A DNA stretch of 64,000 bases from Pyrinomonadaceae bacterium. GTDB taxonomy: Bacteria; Acidobacteriota; Blastocatellia; Pyrinomonadales; Pyrinomonadaceae. The notes beneath the pieces were generated by a model. That model searched no databases. It worked only from the letters and a program-made list of their open reading frames with translations, and was not told where the DNA came from. A program made the translations under genes and the position numbers. Of this stretch, positions 18,214 to 27,444 are shown one piece after another. The DNA is taken from positions 15,008 through 79,007 of the forward strand of contig DASWMI010000168.1 in the NCBI GenBank assembly GCA_036399835.1, given 5' to 3'. Position 1 is the first letter of the stretch. Each line of letters opens with the position of its first letter.

Positions 18214-20295
18214 CTAATTTCTTCTCGCGGCTGTCGGCTGCGTCAGTCCTCCTGTCTTGAGGTGAGCGTCAAACCAGCCGATAACCGTCTTGTACCATAG
18301 CTCGGAGTTCTGCGGTTTGAGTATCCAGTGGCCTTCGTCCGGGAAGTAGAGCAGCTTCGAGTCAACGCCCATGCGTTGCAGAGCCGTGAAGAGCTGCAAG
18401 CCCTCGCCGATGGGGACGCGGTAATCAAGCTCGCCGTGCGTGACGAGCATCGGCGTTCTGAAATTCTTGACGAACATGTGCGGCGACCACTTGGTGTACA
18501 TCTCCGGGTTGGTCCAGGGCGCGCCCTTGAATTCCCATTCCGGGAACCACAGCTCTTCTGTCGCGCCGTACATGCTGGTCAGGTTATAAACTCCGGCGTG
18601 CGAGACGAGAGCCTTAAACTGGAAACGCTTGTCGTTATTGTGGCCCTCTATCCAGTTGACCATGTAGCCGCCGTAAGAGCCGCCCGCAGCGCCCAGGTTA
18701 TTCTTGTCAACATAGCCGAGCGAGATGACCTGTGCCACTCCGTTCATGATGTCCGTGACGACCTTGCCGCCCCAGTCGCCTGAGATTTCGTCTACGAACT
18801 GTTGGCCGTAACCGGTCGAGCCGCGCGGGTTCGGCATAAAGACCACGTAGCCCGCCGCCGCGAAGACCTGCGGATTCCAGCGATAGCTCCAGGCATCGTT
18901 CCATGCGCCCTGCGGCCCGCCGTGTATCAGCACAATCATGGGCCACTTTCTGTTCGGCGTGAAATCGGGCGGCCTGGTGATAAAGCCGCTGACCTTCGTG
19001 CCGCCGCCGCCGGTCCAGGTAATCTCTTCGAGAGGCCGCAGGTTAAAAGGGTCTATAAAAGAGTCGTTGGTCCTGGTGACTTGAGTCGCGCCGCTGCCGT
19101 CAGCGCTCGCACGGAAGATTTCAGTCGGGCGATTTCCGGTGCTCCGCGAGAAGACCAGCGTCTTCCCGTCCTTAGAGAGATGCACGTCGTCGTTAAAGCC
19201 TTCGCCGATTAGCTTGGTAGCCGCGCCGCCTGCGACCGGGATGGAATAGATGTATTGATGGCCGCGCTCTGCGACGGCGAAGTAGATACGCTGGCTATCG
19301 GGTGAAAACTCGAAGCCCTCAGCCGAAGCGTTCAGCTGGTCTGTCAGCGAGCGCGATTGGTTAGCTTGCCTGTCATAAAGCATGAGCCGCCAGCGGTCGC
19401 TCTCAAAGCCAGCCTTAAGCTGCGAGCGATAGGCTATGTAACGCCCGTCCGGCGAATAGAGCGGCGAGGCATCTGCGCCCTGGTTGCTGCCCGTCAAGCG
19501 TCGCGGCTCGCCTCCGCTGGTGGAGACGACGAAGATGTCGCTGTTGGTCGAGAGTGCTTCGACGCGGTCAGTGTTGCGCACAAAGGCCAGCTCTCTAGCA
19601 TCGGGCGAGAAGGCATAATCTGTCGGACCGCCCAGACTAAAGGGCGGCGCATCGTAATCGCCGGGCGTCAGGTCGCGCGCCGCGCCTCCGTTTGCCGAGA
19701 CGACGAAAACATGCGTGCGCTTGCCTTCCTTAAAAGCGTTCCAGTGGCGAAAGAGCAGGCGCGTCGTCGTCTTCGCCTTGACCTTGCTCTCCTCCGCCTG
19801 CTGCTCGCGCCTGCGATTACACTCTTCGTCCGCGCACTCCGGATAAATGTCCGAGGTGAACGCGAGCCAGTTGCCATCCGCCGACCAGACTGGACCATCC
19901 GCGCCCGTAGGGATATTCGTGATCTTCTTCAACTCATTGGTCGCCAGGTCAATGGTCCAGATTTGGGGCGAGCCTTCGCGCGCAGAGATAAAGGCTATGC
20001 GCTTGCCGTCAGGCGACCAGCGCGGCGAAGTCGAAGACCTCTCTCCTGTGGTCAACTGCCTGGGCGAGCCGCCCTCTACGGGGATGAGGAAGATGTGCGT
20101 CAGGGTTCGATTGGCCGCCTTGTCAACATAGCCGACCTGGTAGGCTATGTTGCGTCCGTCGGGCGAAATCTGCGGGTCTCCGACCCTACGCACTTTTAGC
20201 AGTTCTTCGATGTTAAGCGGGCCAGCCGCCTGCTGCGCCTGCGTAGACACCAGGGCAAGCAAGACGATAGCCACAGAAATGACCAAGCGCTTCAT
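18214..20295 (-). CDS. S9-family serine peptidase with TolB-like beta-propeller
   Basis: Signal peptide, PD40-like repeats, GGSYGGYM nucleophile elbow and a C-terminal D...H. Confidence 0.9.
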   Translation of the reverse strand: MKRLVISVAIVLLALVSTQAQQAAGPLNIEELLKVRRVGDPQISPDGRNIAYQVGYVDKAANRTLTHIFLIPVEGGSPRQLTTGERSSTSPRWSPDGKRIAFISAREGSPQIWTIDLATNELKKITNIPTGADGPVWSADGNWLAFTSDIYPECADEECNRRREQQAEESKVKAKTTTRLLFRHWNAFKEGKRTHVFVVSANGGAARDLTPGDYDAPPFSLGGPTDYAFSPDARELAFVRNTDRVEALSTNSDIFVVSTSGGEPRRLTGSNQGADASPLYSPDGRYIAYRSQLKAGFESDRWRLMLYDRQANQSRSLTDQLNASAEGFEFSPDSQRIYFAVAERGHQYIYSIPVAGGAATKLIGEGFNDDVHLSKDGKTLVFSRSTGNRPTEIFRASADGSGATQVTRTNDSFIDPFNLRPLEEITWTGGGGTKVSGFITRPPDFTPNRKWPMIVLIHGGPQGAWNDAWSYRWNPQVFAAAGYVVFMPNPRGSTGYGQQFVDEISGDWGGKVVTDIMNGVAQVISLGYVDKNNLGAAGGSYGGYMVNWIEGHNNDKRFQFKALVSHAGVYNLTSMYGATEELWFPEWEFKGAPWTNPEMYTKWSPHMFVKNFRTPMLVTHGELDYRVPIGEGLQLFTALQRMGVDSKLLYFPDEGHWILKPQNSELWYKTVIGWFDAHLKTGGLTQPTAARRN

Positions 20296-20459
20296 AAGTA
20301 CCTCTCAAGATTTTTCGGCATGTGTGGGAAAGCGACCGTATTATGACACCTGACGGGCTTCACCTGCAAAAGAGCTTTCCAATATCATCTCGGCCATGAC
20401 TCAAACTTTTAGCCGCCGCGCGCCGCAGAGATAGATAACAAAGATAGCGTGCAACATCG

Positions 20460-21386
20460 TTAGCGAATCTCTGAAGAAGAAGGAATCCAGATGCCCGTCT
20501 CGCCCGCGCTCGAAATTTTTGGTCCATCTCCGAGCAGCGAGCGGAGGAAGACATACATGGCCCAGCATTCGACGGCGAAGGGGGGGAAGCCCAGAAAGCC
20601 CAGGACAGGCATCTCGAAGAGCTTGACCTGGCCCAGATAGGGAACTGTGTAGGTCCATTTCGAGATGGCCCAGTAGTTCCAGAATTCCCAGAGTAGACCG
20701 CACACGAAGCCGCTCAAGAGGAGCGCCGCCGGTCTGCGCAAGTGGCCGCGCGCCAGGTCGCCCGTAATCGAAGGCCAGCCGCGCAGCGCATTAAAGGGGT
20801 CGAGCAGAAAGATAAAAGACAACCAGACCAGCGGCACGAGCCAACCTGAGATGACAACCAGCGGAAGCAGAGCCATCACGATGCCTAAAACAATCAGCGC
20901 ATAGAGCAGAGGCTTTGAAAGCTTGAGCGGGCGTATCTGCTTGACCTTGCCAGAGAGCAGGCGGTCGAAAGCTTCGGCTGTCAGAAAGAGCGCGGGAAAG
21001 ATAGTCGCAAAGGCCCAGTCGTAGCCTACGCGGCGCAGGTAAGGGTTCGGCTCAAGATTATGGTAGTGCCACCACAGCTCCATCTCCGAGCGCCAGAATC
21101 TGGGCACGTTGTAAAACTCGAAAAGCCACCAGCAAGCGATTGAGATAACCGAGATGACAAGCAGCTCAAGGCGGTCTGTCATCAATAATGAGCGTGCCTT
21201 GAGCTTGTAGACGAGCGCGTCTATAAAGAGCAGGTATCCGGTCCAGACGATGGGCGTGAACCAGTGTCCGACGAGATGGTTGCCGGAAAACAGCAGGGCT
21301 TCGGCAGCGAAGATGATCGCCAGCCCCAGATAGCCGTAGGCGGGAAACCTGCTCTGCGTGCGCAGCTTGTTGCTTCCTGCGGTCAT
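20460..21386 (-). CDS. polytopic membrane protein of unknown function
   Basis: About 8 hydrophobic segments. The start overlaps the LysR stop by 4 nt. Confidence 0.7.
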   Translation of the reverse strand: MTAGSNKLRTQSRFPAYGYLGLAIIFAAEALLFSGNHLVGHWFTPIVWTGYLLFIDALVYKLKARSLLMTDRLELLVISVISIACWWLFEFYNVPRFWRSEMELWWHYHNLEPNPYLRRVGYDWAFATIFPALFLTAEAFDRLLSGKVKQIRPLKLSKPLLYALIVLGIVMALLPLVVISGWLVPLVWLSFIFLLDPFNALRGWPSITGDLARGHLRRPAALLLSGFVCGLLWEFWNYWAISKWTYTVPYLGQVKLFEMPVLGFLGFPPFAVECWAMYVFLRSLLGDGPKISSAGETGIWIPSSSEIR

Positions 21387-22330
21387 TGATTCGAGTCTGC
21401 TATCTCTGCAAACGCTTCCGCCTGGCCTGCGGCCATCCTTTGCAGCCTCTCCCTGTTGTGGATGATGAAGTTCAGAAAGGCTCGTGTCGGCGATGGCTGG
21501 AAGCGGCCCAGGCTAATCATCGCGACCGAGCGGCGAAGGCTGTGGTCCTTGATGCGAAGCTGCGCCAGCCGACCCTCGGCCACCTCCTCGCGTATGGCCC
21601 AAGAGGGAAGCAGGGAGATGCCCTGCCCGTGCTGGACCATCAGCTTGATAAAGTAAGTGTCGTTTGATTCAAGCCCGAGCGGTGGGCGTATGTCAACGCG
21701 CTTGAAAAACTCGTCGGTCGCGCGGCGGATGGATGCGCCTCGCTCGTAGAGTATAAAGCGCTCGCGCTCAATCTGCTCGGCGGTCGTCTCGTGCTCCTGG
21801 GCCAGAGGATGCTGCTGGCCGACGACTATGACCAGCTCATCCTCGAAGAGTTCCGTGATGTGCAGCGCCGGCGAATAGAGCGGCATGGAGGCGAACCCGA
21901 CATCGGCAGCGCCGTTGAGGATATCCATGATGGTCTGCTCCGTGCTGGCAGTGGTCCGAAAGGAAAGGTCTATCCCTGGATGCGTGCGCATGAAGGATTC
22001 AAAGAGGGTCGCAAAGAGATAGACGAAGGCCTGTGTCGCGGCAGCCGCGCGGACGCGTCCGACGGGCGAATGCTCACGGCCAGAGACATGCTCGCGCATG
22101 GCCTCCGCATCATCCAGTATGCGCACGGCATATTCGAGCGCGATCTTTCCCGCCTGCGAGATTTTGACGCCGCCCCTGGCCCGTATAAAAAGCGGCTCGC
22201 CAAGCTCAGATTCGAGCGCCTTGATCTGGTGACTGATTGCGGATTGAGTCAGGTTCAAGCGTTCCGCCGCCCGCGTGAAGTTCAGCGTCTCGGCCACGAC
22301 GCGAAAGGTGCGCAACTGCCATAACTCCAT
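21383..22330 (-). CDS. LysR-family transcriptional regulator
   Basis: N-terminal wHTH (LRTFRVVAETLNFTRAAERLNLTQSAISHQIKALE) plus a LysR substrate-binding domain. Confidence 0.9.
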   Translation of the reverse strand: MELWQLRTFRVVAETLNFTRAAERLNLTQSAISHQIKALESELGEPLFIRARGGVKISQAGKIALEYAVRILDDAEAMREHVSGREHSPVGRVRAAAATQAFVYLFATLFESFMRTHPGIDLSFRTTASTEQTIMDILNGAADVGFASMPLYSPALHITELFEDELVIVVGQQHPLAQEHETTAEQIERERFILYERGASIRRATDEFFKRVDIRPPLGLESNDTYFIKLMVQHGQGISLLPSWAIREEVAEGRLAQLRIKDHSLRRSVAMISLGRFQPSPTRAFLNFIIHNRERLQRMAAGQAEAFAEIADSNQ

Positions 22331-22516
22331 CTGGTAGCCTTCCGTTGTTCAAGAAACATGAGCCTTTTTAATGGACCGGATTATAACAATGAGTTGGCCC
22401 GCGAGACAGCCCCGAGGATGGGATTGACATCGGAATAGCAGAAATAAAAAGAATCTAAGAAGAAATCAGCGGGCGCTCCGGCGATTGGACCAGAGAGCAG
22501 AGACAAGGAGTTTTTT

Positions 22517-22825
22517 ATGCCGATTCCCTTCAAGTTAGATTACGTTATAGAAAGGACGCTCGCAGAGCAGCCGACCAGAGAGCAGCGCACATTGAAGACA
22601 CTGGCCGGAGCGCGCATCAGTGCGAGCGAGGCGCGCGTCATCTGGCCGCGTCTACAGGAACACAAATGGTATTTGAGCGAGCGTCTGGGCCGCGATGTCG
22701 GTCTGCGTGTGGCAGCCGTAGATTACTTTGAGAACATACACGCGCCGCTCGTCGCTCATTCACAAAAGCGTGCCCTCAGTCAAAAACTGCACGCGTTGTT
22801 GAAGCCTTTAACTCTGGCGGCTTAG
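22517..22825 (+). CDS. small DUF4032-like protein
   Basis: HKWYLSERLGRDVGLRVAAVDYF resembles the DUF4032 core (from memory, not searched). Confidence 0.55.
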   Translation: MPIPFKLDYVIERTLAEQPTREQRTLKTLAGARISASEARVIWPRLQEHKWYLSERLGRDVGLRVAAVDYFENIHAPLVAHSQKRALSQKLHALLKPLTLAA

Positions 22826-22853
22826 ATTTCATTGAGACCAAACGGAATTGAGC

Positions 22854-22892
22854 AAGGGCCATGTCAACCAGTCATGGCCTTTGCTTCTTTTG
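22854..22892. terminator. terminator hairpin between convergent genes
   Basis: AAGGGCCATG / CATGGCCTT with one bulge, then TGCTTCTTTT. Confidence 0.6.
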
Positions 22893-22897
22893 GATTC

Positions 22898-24781
22898 TCA
22901 TTGCGGCTTTGGCGAAGGCGACGGCGCGGCCTGCGTGAAGATGATGGGCTGTGTGGAGACAATACCTTTGCCTTCTTCGACGATGATGGATTGGTTGGGC
23001 ATGACATTGGGAATATTGTCCACCTGCCCGCTGGGCCAGACGATTTCCAGGCTGGCGGGTTTGCCTTCCGCCCTGCCAAGCCCGAAGACAAGCGGCAATT
23101 CGCTCTGCGAACAATAGCTCGACCCGCTTCTCACCAGGTTCATCAATCTCAAGCCGCTGCCCGCTTTGATAGTCACCTTCGCGCCGATGCCGTCGCGGTT
23201 CGATTTCGTTCCGACGAGGCGCAGACGCACGAGGTCGTTCTGGTTGCCGTTATCATTACGCAGCAGACGCGCTGGTCCATTGTTGGCCGTCAGCAGCAGG
23301 TCTAGGTCGCCGTCATTATCGAAATCCGCGTAGGCCGCGCCGCGCCCGACGATGGCGCGTTGGAGCGCACGGCCCAAACGCTGGCTCGTCTCTTCAAACT
23401 TGCGCTTGCCGCGGTTGCGAAAGAGATGCGGCGGCTGCGCGTACTTGACGTTGGGCTGGATGATGCTGATGTCGTCTGAGACGTGGCCGTTGGCGGCGAA
23501 GATGTCCAGCAGGCCGTCCAGGTCGTAATCAAAGAAGAAGCAGGCGAAGGTCAGAGACTGCGCGCTCATCTTGCCGATGCCGGACGTGGGCGCTTCATCC
23601 TCGAAGAGACCGTTGCCATCGTTGCGATAGAGCGCCATACTCTCGTTTGTGAAGTTGCCGATAATCAGCCCCTGCCGTCCGGAGCCATCGTAGTCGCCCG
23701 CGTCCACGCCCATCCCCGCGCGCGCCGTGCCAGCTTCGCTGTAGGCCACGCCCGCCGGAATAGCCTCGTCCGTAAAGGTCCCGTTGCCGTTATTTTTGTA
23801 GAGCTTGTTCGGCTCCGTGTCGCAGGCGACGAAGAGGTCCGGCCAGCCGTCCGCGTTGTAGTCGAGCATGGCGACGCCGAGCGCCTTGCCCGTGGGGGCA
23901 CTAACTCCTGCGCGCTGCGTGACGTTCTCAAACGTCCCGTTGCCGCGATTGTGAAAGAGGCTGGAGCTTTGGCCCTTGTAGGATTGCGGCGTGCAGTAAG
24001 ATTTATTCTTCCCGTCGAGCGAGCAGAATTGGTCCTTTTCTGTGGACCAGTCAACATAGTGGCAGACGAAGAGGTCCAATTTGCCGTCCCTGTCATAGTC
24101 GAACCAGATGGCGCTGGTCGAAAAGCCCGTATCGGCGACGCCAGCCTTTCCAGTCACGTCCGCGAACTTGCCGCCGCCGAGGTTGAGAAAGAGGCGATTC
24201 TGGCCGACCGTAGTGATGTAGATGTCGTCCAGCCCGTCGTTGTTGTAGTCGCCAACAGCCGCGCCCATCCCGTACATCTCCAGCGCCAGCCCCGCCTCGC
24301 GCGTGGCATCCTTAAACGTGCCGTCCCTGTTGTTGCGATAGAGCGCGGAGAAGGACCTGTTGGTTTTATGTTCGGGCCAGTCCATAGAGTTGACGAGCAG
24401 GATGTCCTGCCAGCCGTCGTTGTCATAATCAATAAAGGCACAGCCCGCGCCGAGAGTTTCGGGCAGATACTTTTTCCCGAAAGCTCCGCTGTTATGCTTG
24501 AAGCGCAGGCCGGCCTGCGCCGTCACGTCCGTAAACTCGATTGGACCAGAAGGGCGCGCTTGGTCTACGGGAGTCGGCGAGGGTGAAGCCTGAGCCTGAG
24601 CGCCGGGTTGCTGGCCCGCAGCGGCGGGCTGGCCCTCTGCATTCTGCGTCGTTGTATTCTTGCAGCCGGAGAATAAGAACGCGATGAGCAGAAATAGAGA
24701 GATGTTAATCAGGACTTTGTGCATCTTGCTTACCTGGTAATGGGAAGAAAGCGGTGGGCAGAGTGAAATTCTTGACATCAA
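22898..24781 (-). CDS. CRTAC1-family lipoprotein (FG-GAP/VCBS repeats plus ASPIC/UnbV domain)
   Basis: Repeated DYDNDGxxDL FG-GAP motifs and a C-terminal UnbV_ASPIC-like region (NRDGIGAKV...SYCSQSE). A lipobox (LFSGC) follows the alternative ATG at 24724. The 24781 start overlaps the upstream stop (ATGA). Confidence 0.9.
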   Translation of the reverse strand: MMSRISLCPPLSSHYQVSKMHKVLINISLFLLIAFLFSGCKNTTTQNAEGQPAAAGQQPGAQAQASPSPTPVDQARPSGPIEFTDVTAQAGLRFKHNSGAFGKKYLPETLGAGCAFIDYDNDGWQDILLVNSMDWPEHKTNRSFSALYRNNRDGTFKDATREAGLALEMYGMGAAVGDYNNDGLDDIYITTVGQNRLFLNLGGGKFADVTGKAGVADTGFSTSAIWFDYDRDGKLDLFVCHYVDWSTEKDQFCSLDGKNKSYCTPQSYKGQSSSLFHNRGNGTFENVTQRAGVSAPTGKALGVAMLDYNADGWPDLFVACDTEPNKLYKNNGNGTFTDEAIPAGVAYSEAGTARAGMGVDAGDYDGSGRQGLIIGNFTNESMALYRNDGNGLFEDEAPTSGIGKMSAQSLTFACFFFDYDLDGLLDIFAANGHVSDDISIIQPNVKYAQPPHLFRNRGKRKFEETSQRLGRALQRAIVGRGAAYADFDNDGDLDLLLTANNGPARLLRNDNGNQNDLVRLRLVGTKSNRDGIGAKVTIKAGSGLRLMNLVRSGSSYCSQSELPLVFGLGRAEGKPASLEIVWPSGQVDNIPNVMPNQSIIVEEGKGIVSTQPIIFTQAAPSPSPKPQ

Positions 24782-25641
24782 GCATTAATCGCAGCCGCGT
24801 TTGCCTTTCTTGAAGTCAGCCAGATTTCAACCAGATTGGCCGTTGGTCCAACCAGGAAGAGCGCGTAATAGGGCGCATGCACAATCTGGAATAGTCTCAA
24901 GACCATCTCGACCAGCGCAATCGTAAAGGCCACAGCGCACTGGCCCAGTCTTGAATGTACGGTCGTCTTCGGGTCTGTAATCATAAAGAAGACGAAGAGC
25001 TGGTACATTGGACCAGTGATGGGCGCAAGCTCCGCCAGGAAGGGATCGCCCGTCGCCAGGCTTCTGATGAAAGTAAAGAAGAGAAACGAGACGACATAGG
25101 TGGCCGTGATGTGCAGGCGTTTGAAGCGCCAGACGATGAGCGAGCCTGTTATCCAGATGACGAGCATCGGCCAGAGATAGTTGCCCCACTGGACGCTCAG
25201 GCTGGCGACGTATTCGTAGGCCAGAAAGAGCATCGCGCAGATGCCGAAGTTGGACGGATTCCAGATGTGGCGATGGCGAACGCGCAGGACATACTTGGAG
25301 GTAATCGAGATCATGCTGCACAGCGCATAGGGCCAGAAGGCGGGCGAGCGAACCAGTATGCCGACGCTGATACCTGTGATGTAGGCGCTCGCCAGATGCG
25401 GCCACTTGCCCACGAAGATGCGGCCCAGGATAAGCTCTGTCAGGAGGCTCATGATGATGGCGAGCGCGGTCTTGCGATAGCTCTCCAGCATCCCGAATGA
25501 GAAGTGGCCCACCAGCAGGATGCAGGTGATAAAGATGGGCGCGATGAAACGATTGTCAAAGTGAAACCCACGTTTCGGTCCGCGCTCGGATTCTTTATCT
25601 GCGAGCGAGGGCGCACTGGCGGCGCTTAGCTCCGGGTTCAT
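24778..25641 (-). CDS. RnfD/NqrB-like integral membrane protein (no flavinylation motif seen)
   Basis: Polytopic. HIWNPSNFG and FFMITDPKT resemble conserved NQR2/RnfD/RnfE-family motifs. It has 4-nt overlaps with both neighbours. Confidence 0.75.
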   Translation of the reverse strand: MNPELSAASAPSLADKESERGPKRGFHFDNRFIAPIFITCILLVGHFSFGMLESYRKTALAIIMSLLTELILGRIFVGKWPHLASAYITGISVGILVRSPAFWPYALCSMISITSKYVLRVRHRHIWNPSNFGICAMLFLAYEYVASLSVQWGNYLWPMLVIWITGSLIVWRFKRLHITATYVVSFLFFTFIRSLATGDPFLAELAPITGPMYQLFVFFMITDPKTTVHSRLGQCAVAFTIALVEMVLRLFQIVHAPYYALFLVGPTANLVEIWLTSRKANAAAINA

Positions 25642-27437
25642 ACTGGCTCCTTGACTTTTAACAACTGCCCCGCAGAGGGGCGTTCGAGAATCTGCATTTT
25701 ACCAGAGGGCCAGCGAATCTCGGCCTTCTCGATGAGAGCATTTCTGCCGAGGCCGAAATGCAGGCGACGCTGGTTCTGCGCGCAGAAGCCTGAGCCGCCG
25801 GAGACTTCCTGGACCTGCCGCTGACCGTTCCAGTAGAGCGTGACCTGCGCGCCGATGGCGCTGCGGTTGCTCGCGGTCCCTTCAAGCTCAAACTCGATCC
25901 AGTTGTTCTCGGTCGCCACCTCGTTTCTGTAAAAGAGCAGAGGCCCGCGCTGGTTGGCGACGACGACATCCAGGACGCCGCGATTGCCGAAGTCTGCGAG
26001 CGCGACGGAGCGTCCGTCGAAGGTATCTGTCGCGCCGACGGCCTGTGCCACGTTGATAAAACGGCCCGCGCCGTCATTTATCCAGACACGTTTCTGCTGG
26101 TAGCCCGAAAGGCTGCGGCCATCCATCGCGGGCCAGTTGGCCGCGTCGGCGATGATGTTTGAGTTGCCCCCGGCGATCTTGGAAAAGTCGTACCAGTAAT
26201 CCGTGCCCTTCTGGCCTGAGACATAGCCGTTAGTCAGATAGAGGTCCAGTTGGCCGTCGTTATTGAGATCGCCAAACTGCGCGCCAAAGCTCCAACCGCC
26301 AAGCTCCAATCCCATGTCGCGCGCCAGGTTCTCATACTGAAGAGCGTCGCCGCTTGTGCCCTCCTTCGGAATCCAGAGGTTGTTGCCTTGAATCAAGACG
26401 CCCTCTTCCGAGATGTTCGTCACGTAGATGGCATAACGGCCCTGGTTCAAGATGTCGCCGAAGGCCACGTTCATCCCGCTCTTTGGAGCAAAGCCGACGC
26501 CGGTCTTTTCGCCCGCGCTCAGGAAACGCTTGCCGCCGTCGTTAAAGAAAAGCTCTGCGATGCCGTAGTCGTTGGCGATGAAGAGGTCCGGGTAGCCCGT
26601 CCCGCGCAGGTCTGCGGCGGCGGCGGCCAGCGCCCAGCGGCGACTCTCTATGCCAAGCTCCGCGCTTTTTTCCTCAAACTTTCCCTGGCCCAGATTATGA
26701 AAGAGATACTTGCGCCCGCCGTTCTGCGCATACTCGAAACTCTCAGGCATCATCTTCGTCGTCGTCAGATGCCAGAGGTCAACCGTTTCAGGATAGTAGC
26801 CGCCGAGAAAGAGGTCCAGTTTGCCGTCGCGGTCATAGTCGAACCAGATGGCAGTGTTGGCATTGACCCAGGATGGAAGGCCAGCCTCTTCCGTCACACG
26901 CCTGAAGACATGCCCGCCTTCATTATGAAAAAGCTCGGGCCTGCCCCACTTGTAGAGGAAGAGGTCTTCAAAGCCGTCGTTGTCGTAATCGCCCCAGACC
27001 GCGCCCATCGAAACGCCCGTCCCCTCTTGATTGACATCCGCCAGCCCCAGCTCTTCGGCCACGTCTTTGAACGTGCCGTTCTGCTGGTTGCGGTAGAGAC
27101 GGTTGCGGCTGCCTTCGCCGCTGTTGGTCGTGTAGATGTCCTGCCAGCCGTCGCGGTCAAAGTCTACGACCGAGACAGCCGCGCCCATGGAGGCGACCTG
27201 CGGCATGATGTGGTCCAGCTTGTGGTCCAGCACGGGAGCCTGATGAACAAAATCAATGCCTGCGGCTTTGGCCGACTCTTCGAGTCGAAACCCGTAGCGC
27301 GCCATCACAGTCTGCCTGTCACGGACTTGCCCCGTAGACTCGCTGCGCCAGGCGTTCCAGCGCCTGACGAGGAGCGGCGTCGCAAGCAGTGAGAGGAAAA
27401 AGATGATGAGCAGGACTCTTAAAAAACGACTACGCAT
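25638..27437 (-). CDS. CRTAC1-family protein (FG-GAP repeats plus ASPIC/UnbV)
   Basis: FDRDGWQDIY, DYDNDGFEDL, DYDRDGKLDL repeats and a C-terminal NRSAIGAQV...SGFCAQN. Confidence 0.9.
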   Translation of the reverse strand: MRSRFLRVLLIIFFLSLLATPLLVRRWNAWRSESTGQVRDRQTVMARYGFRLEESAKAAGIDFVHQAPVLDHKLDHIMPQVASMGAAVSVVDFDRDGWQDIYTTNSGEGSRNRLYRNQQNGTFKDVAEELGLADVNQEGTGVSMGAVWGDYDNDGFEDLFLYKWGRPELFHNEGGHVFRRVTEEAGLPSWVNANTAIWFDYDRDGKLDLFLGGYYPETVDLWHLTTTKMMPESFEYAQNGGRKYLFHNLGQGKFEEKSAELGIESRRWALAAAAADLRGTGYPDLFIANDYGIAELFFNDGGKRFLSAGEKTGVGFAPKSGMNVAFGDILNQGRYAIYVTNISEEGVLIQGNNLWIPKEGTSGDALQYENLARDMGLELGGWSFGAQFGDLNNDGQLDLYLTNGYVSGQKGTDYWYDFSKIAGGNSNIIADAANWPAMDGRSLSGYQQKRVWINDGAGRFINVAQAVGATDTFDGRSVALADFGNRGVLDVVVANQRGPLLFYRNEVATENNWIEFELEGTASNRSAIGAQVTLYWNGQRQVQEVSGGSGFCAQNQRRLHFGLGRNALIEKAEIRWPSGKMQILERPSAGQLLKVKEPV

Positions 27438-27444
27438 TCAAGCT

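Noticed and set aside
19357-27392. Long antisense ORFs inside the S9 peptidase and CRTAC1 genes (19357..20199, 23483..24586, 26250..27392)
   Set aside because: They lie opposite genes with strong family signatures, and their products are Arg/Ala/Val-rich shadow frames.
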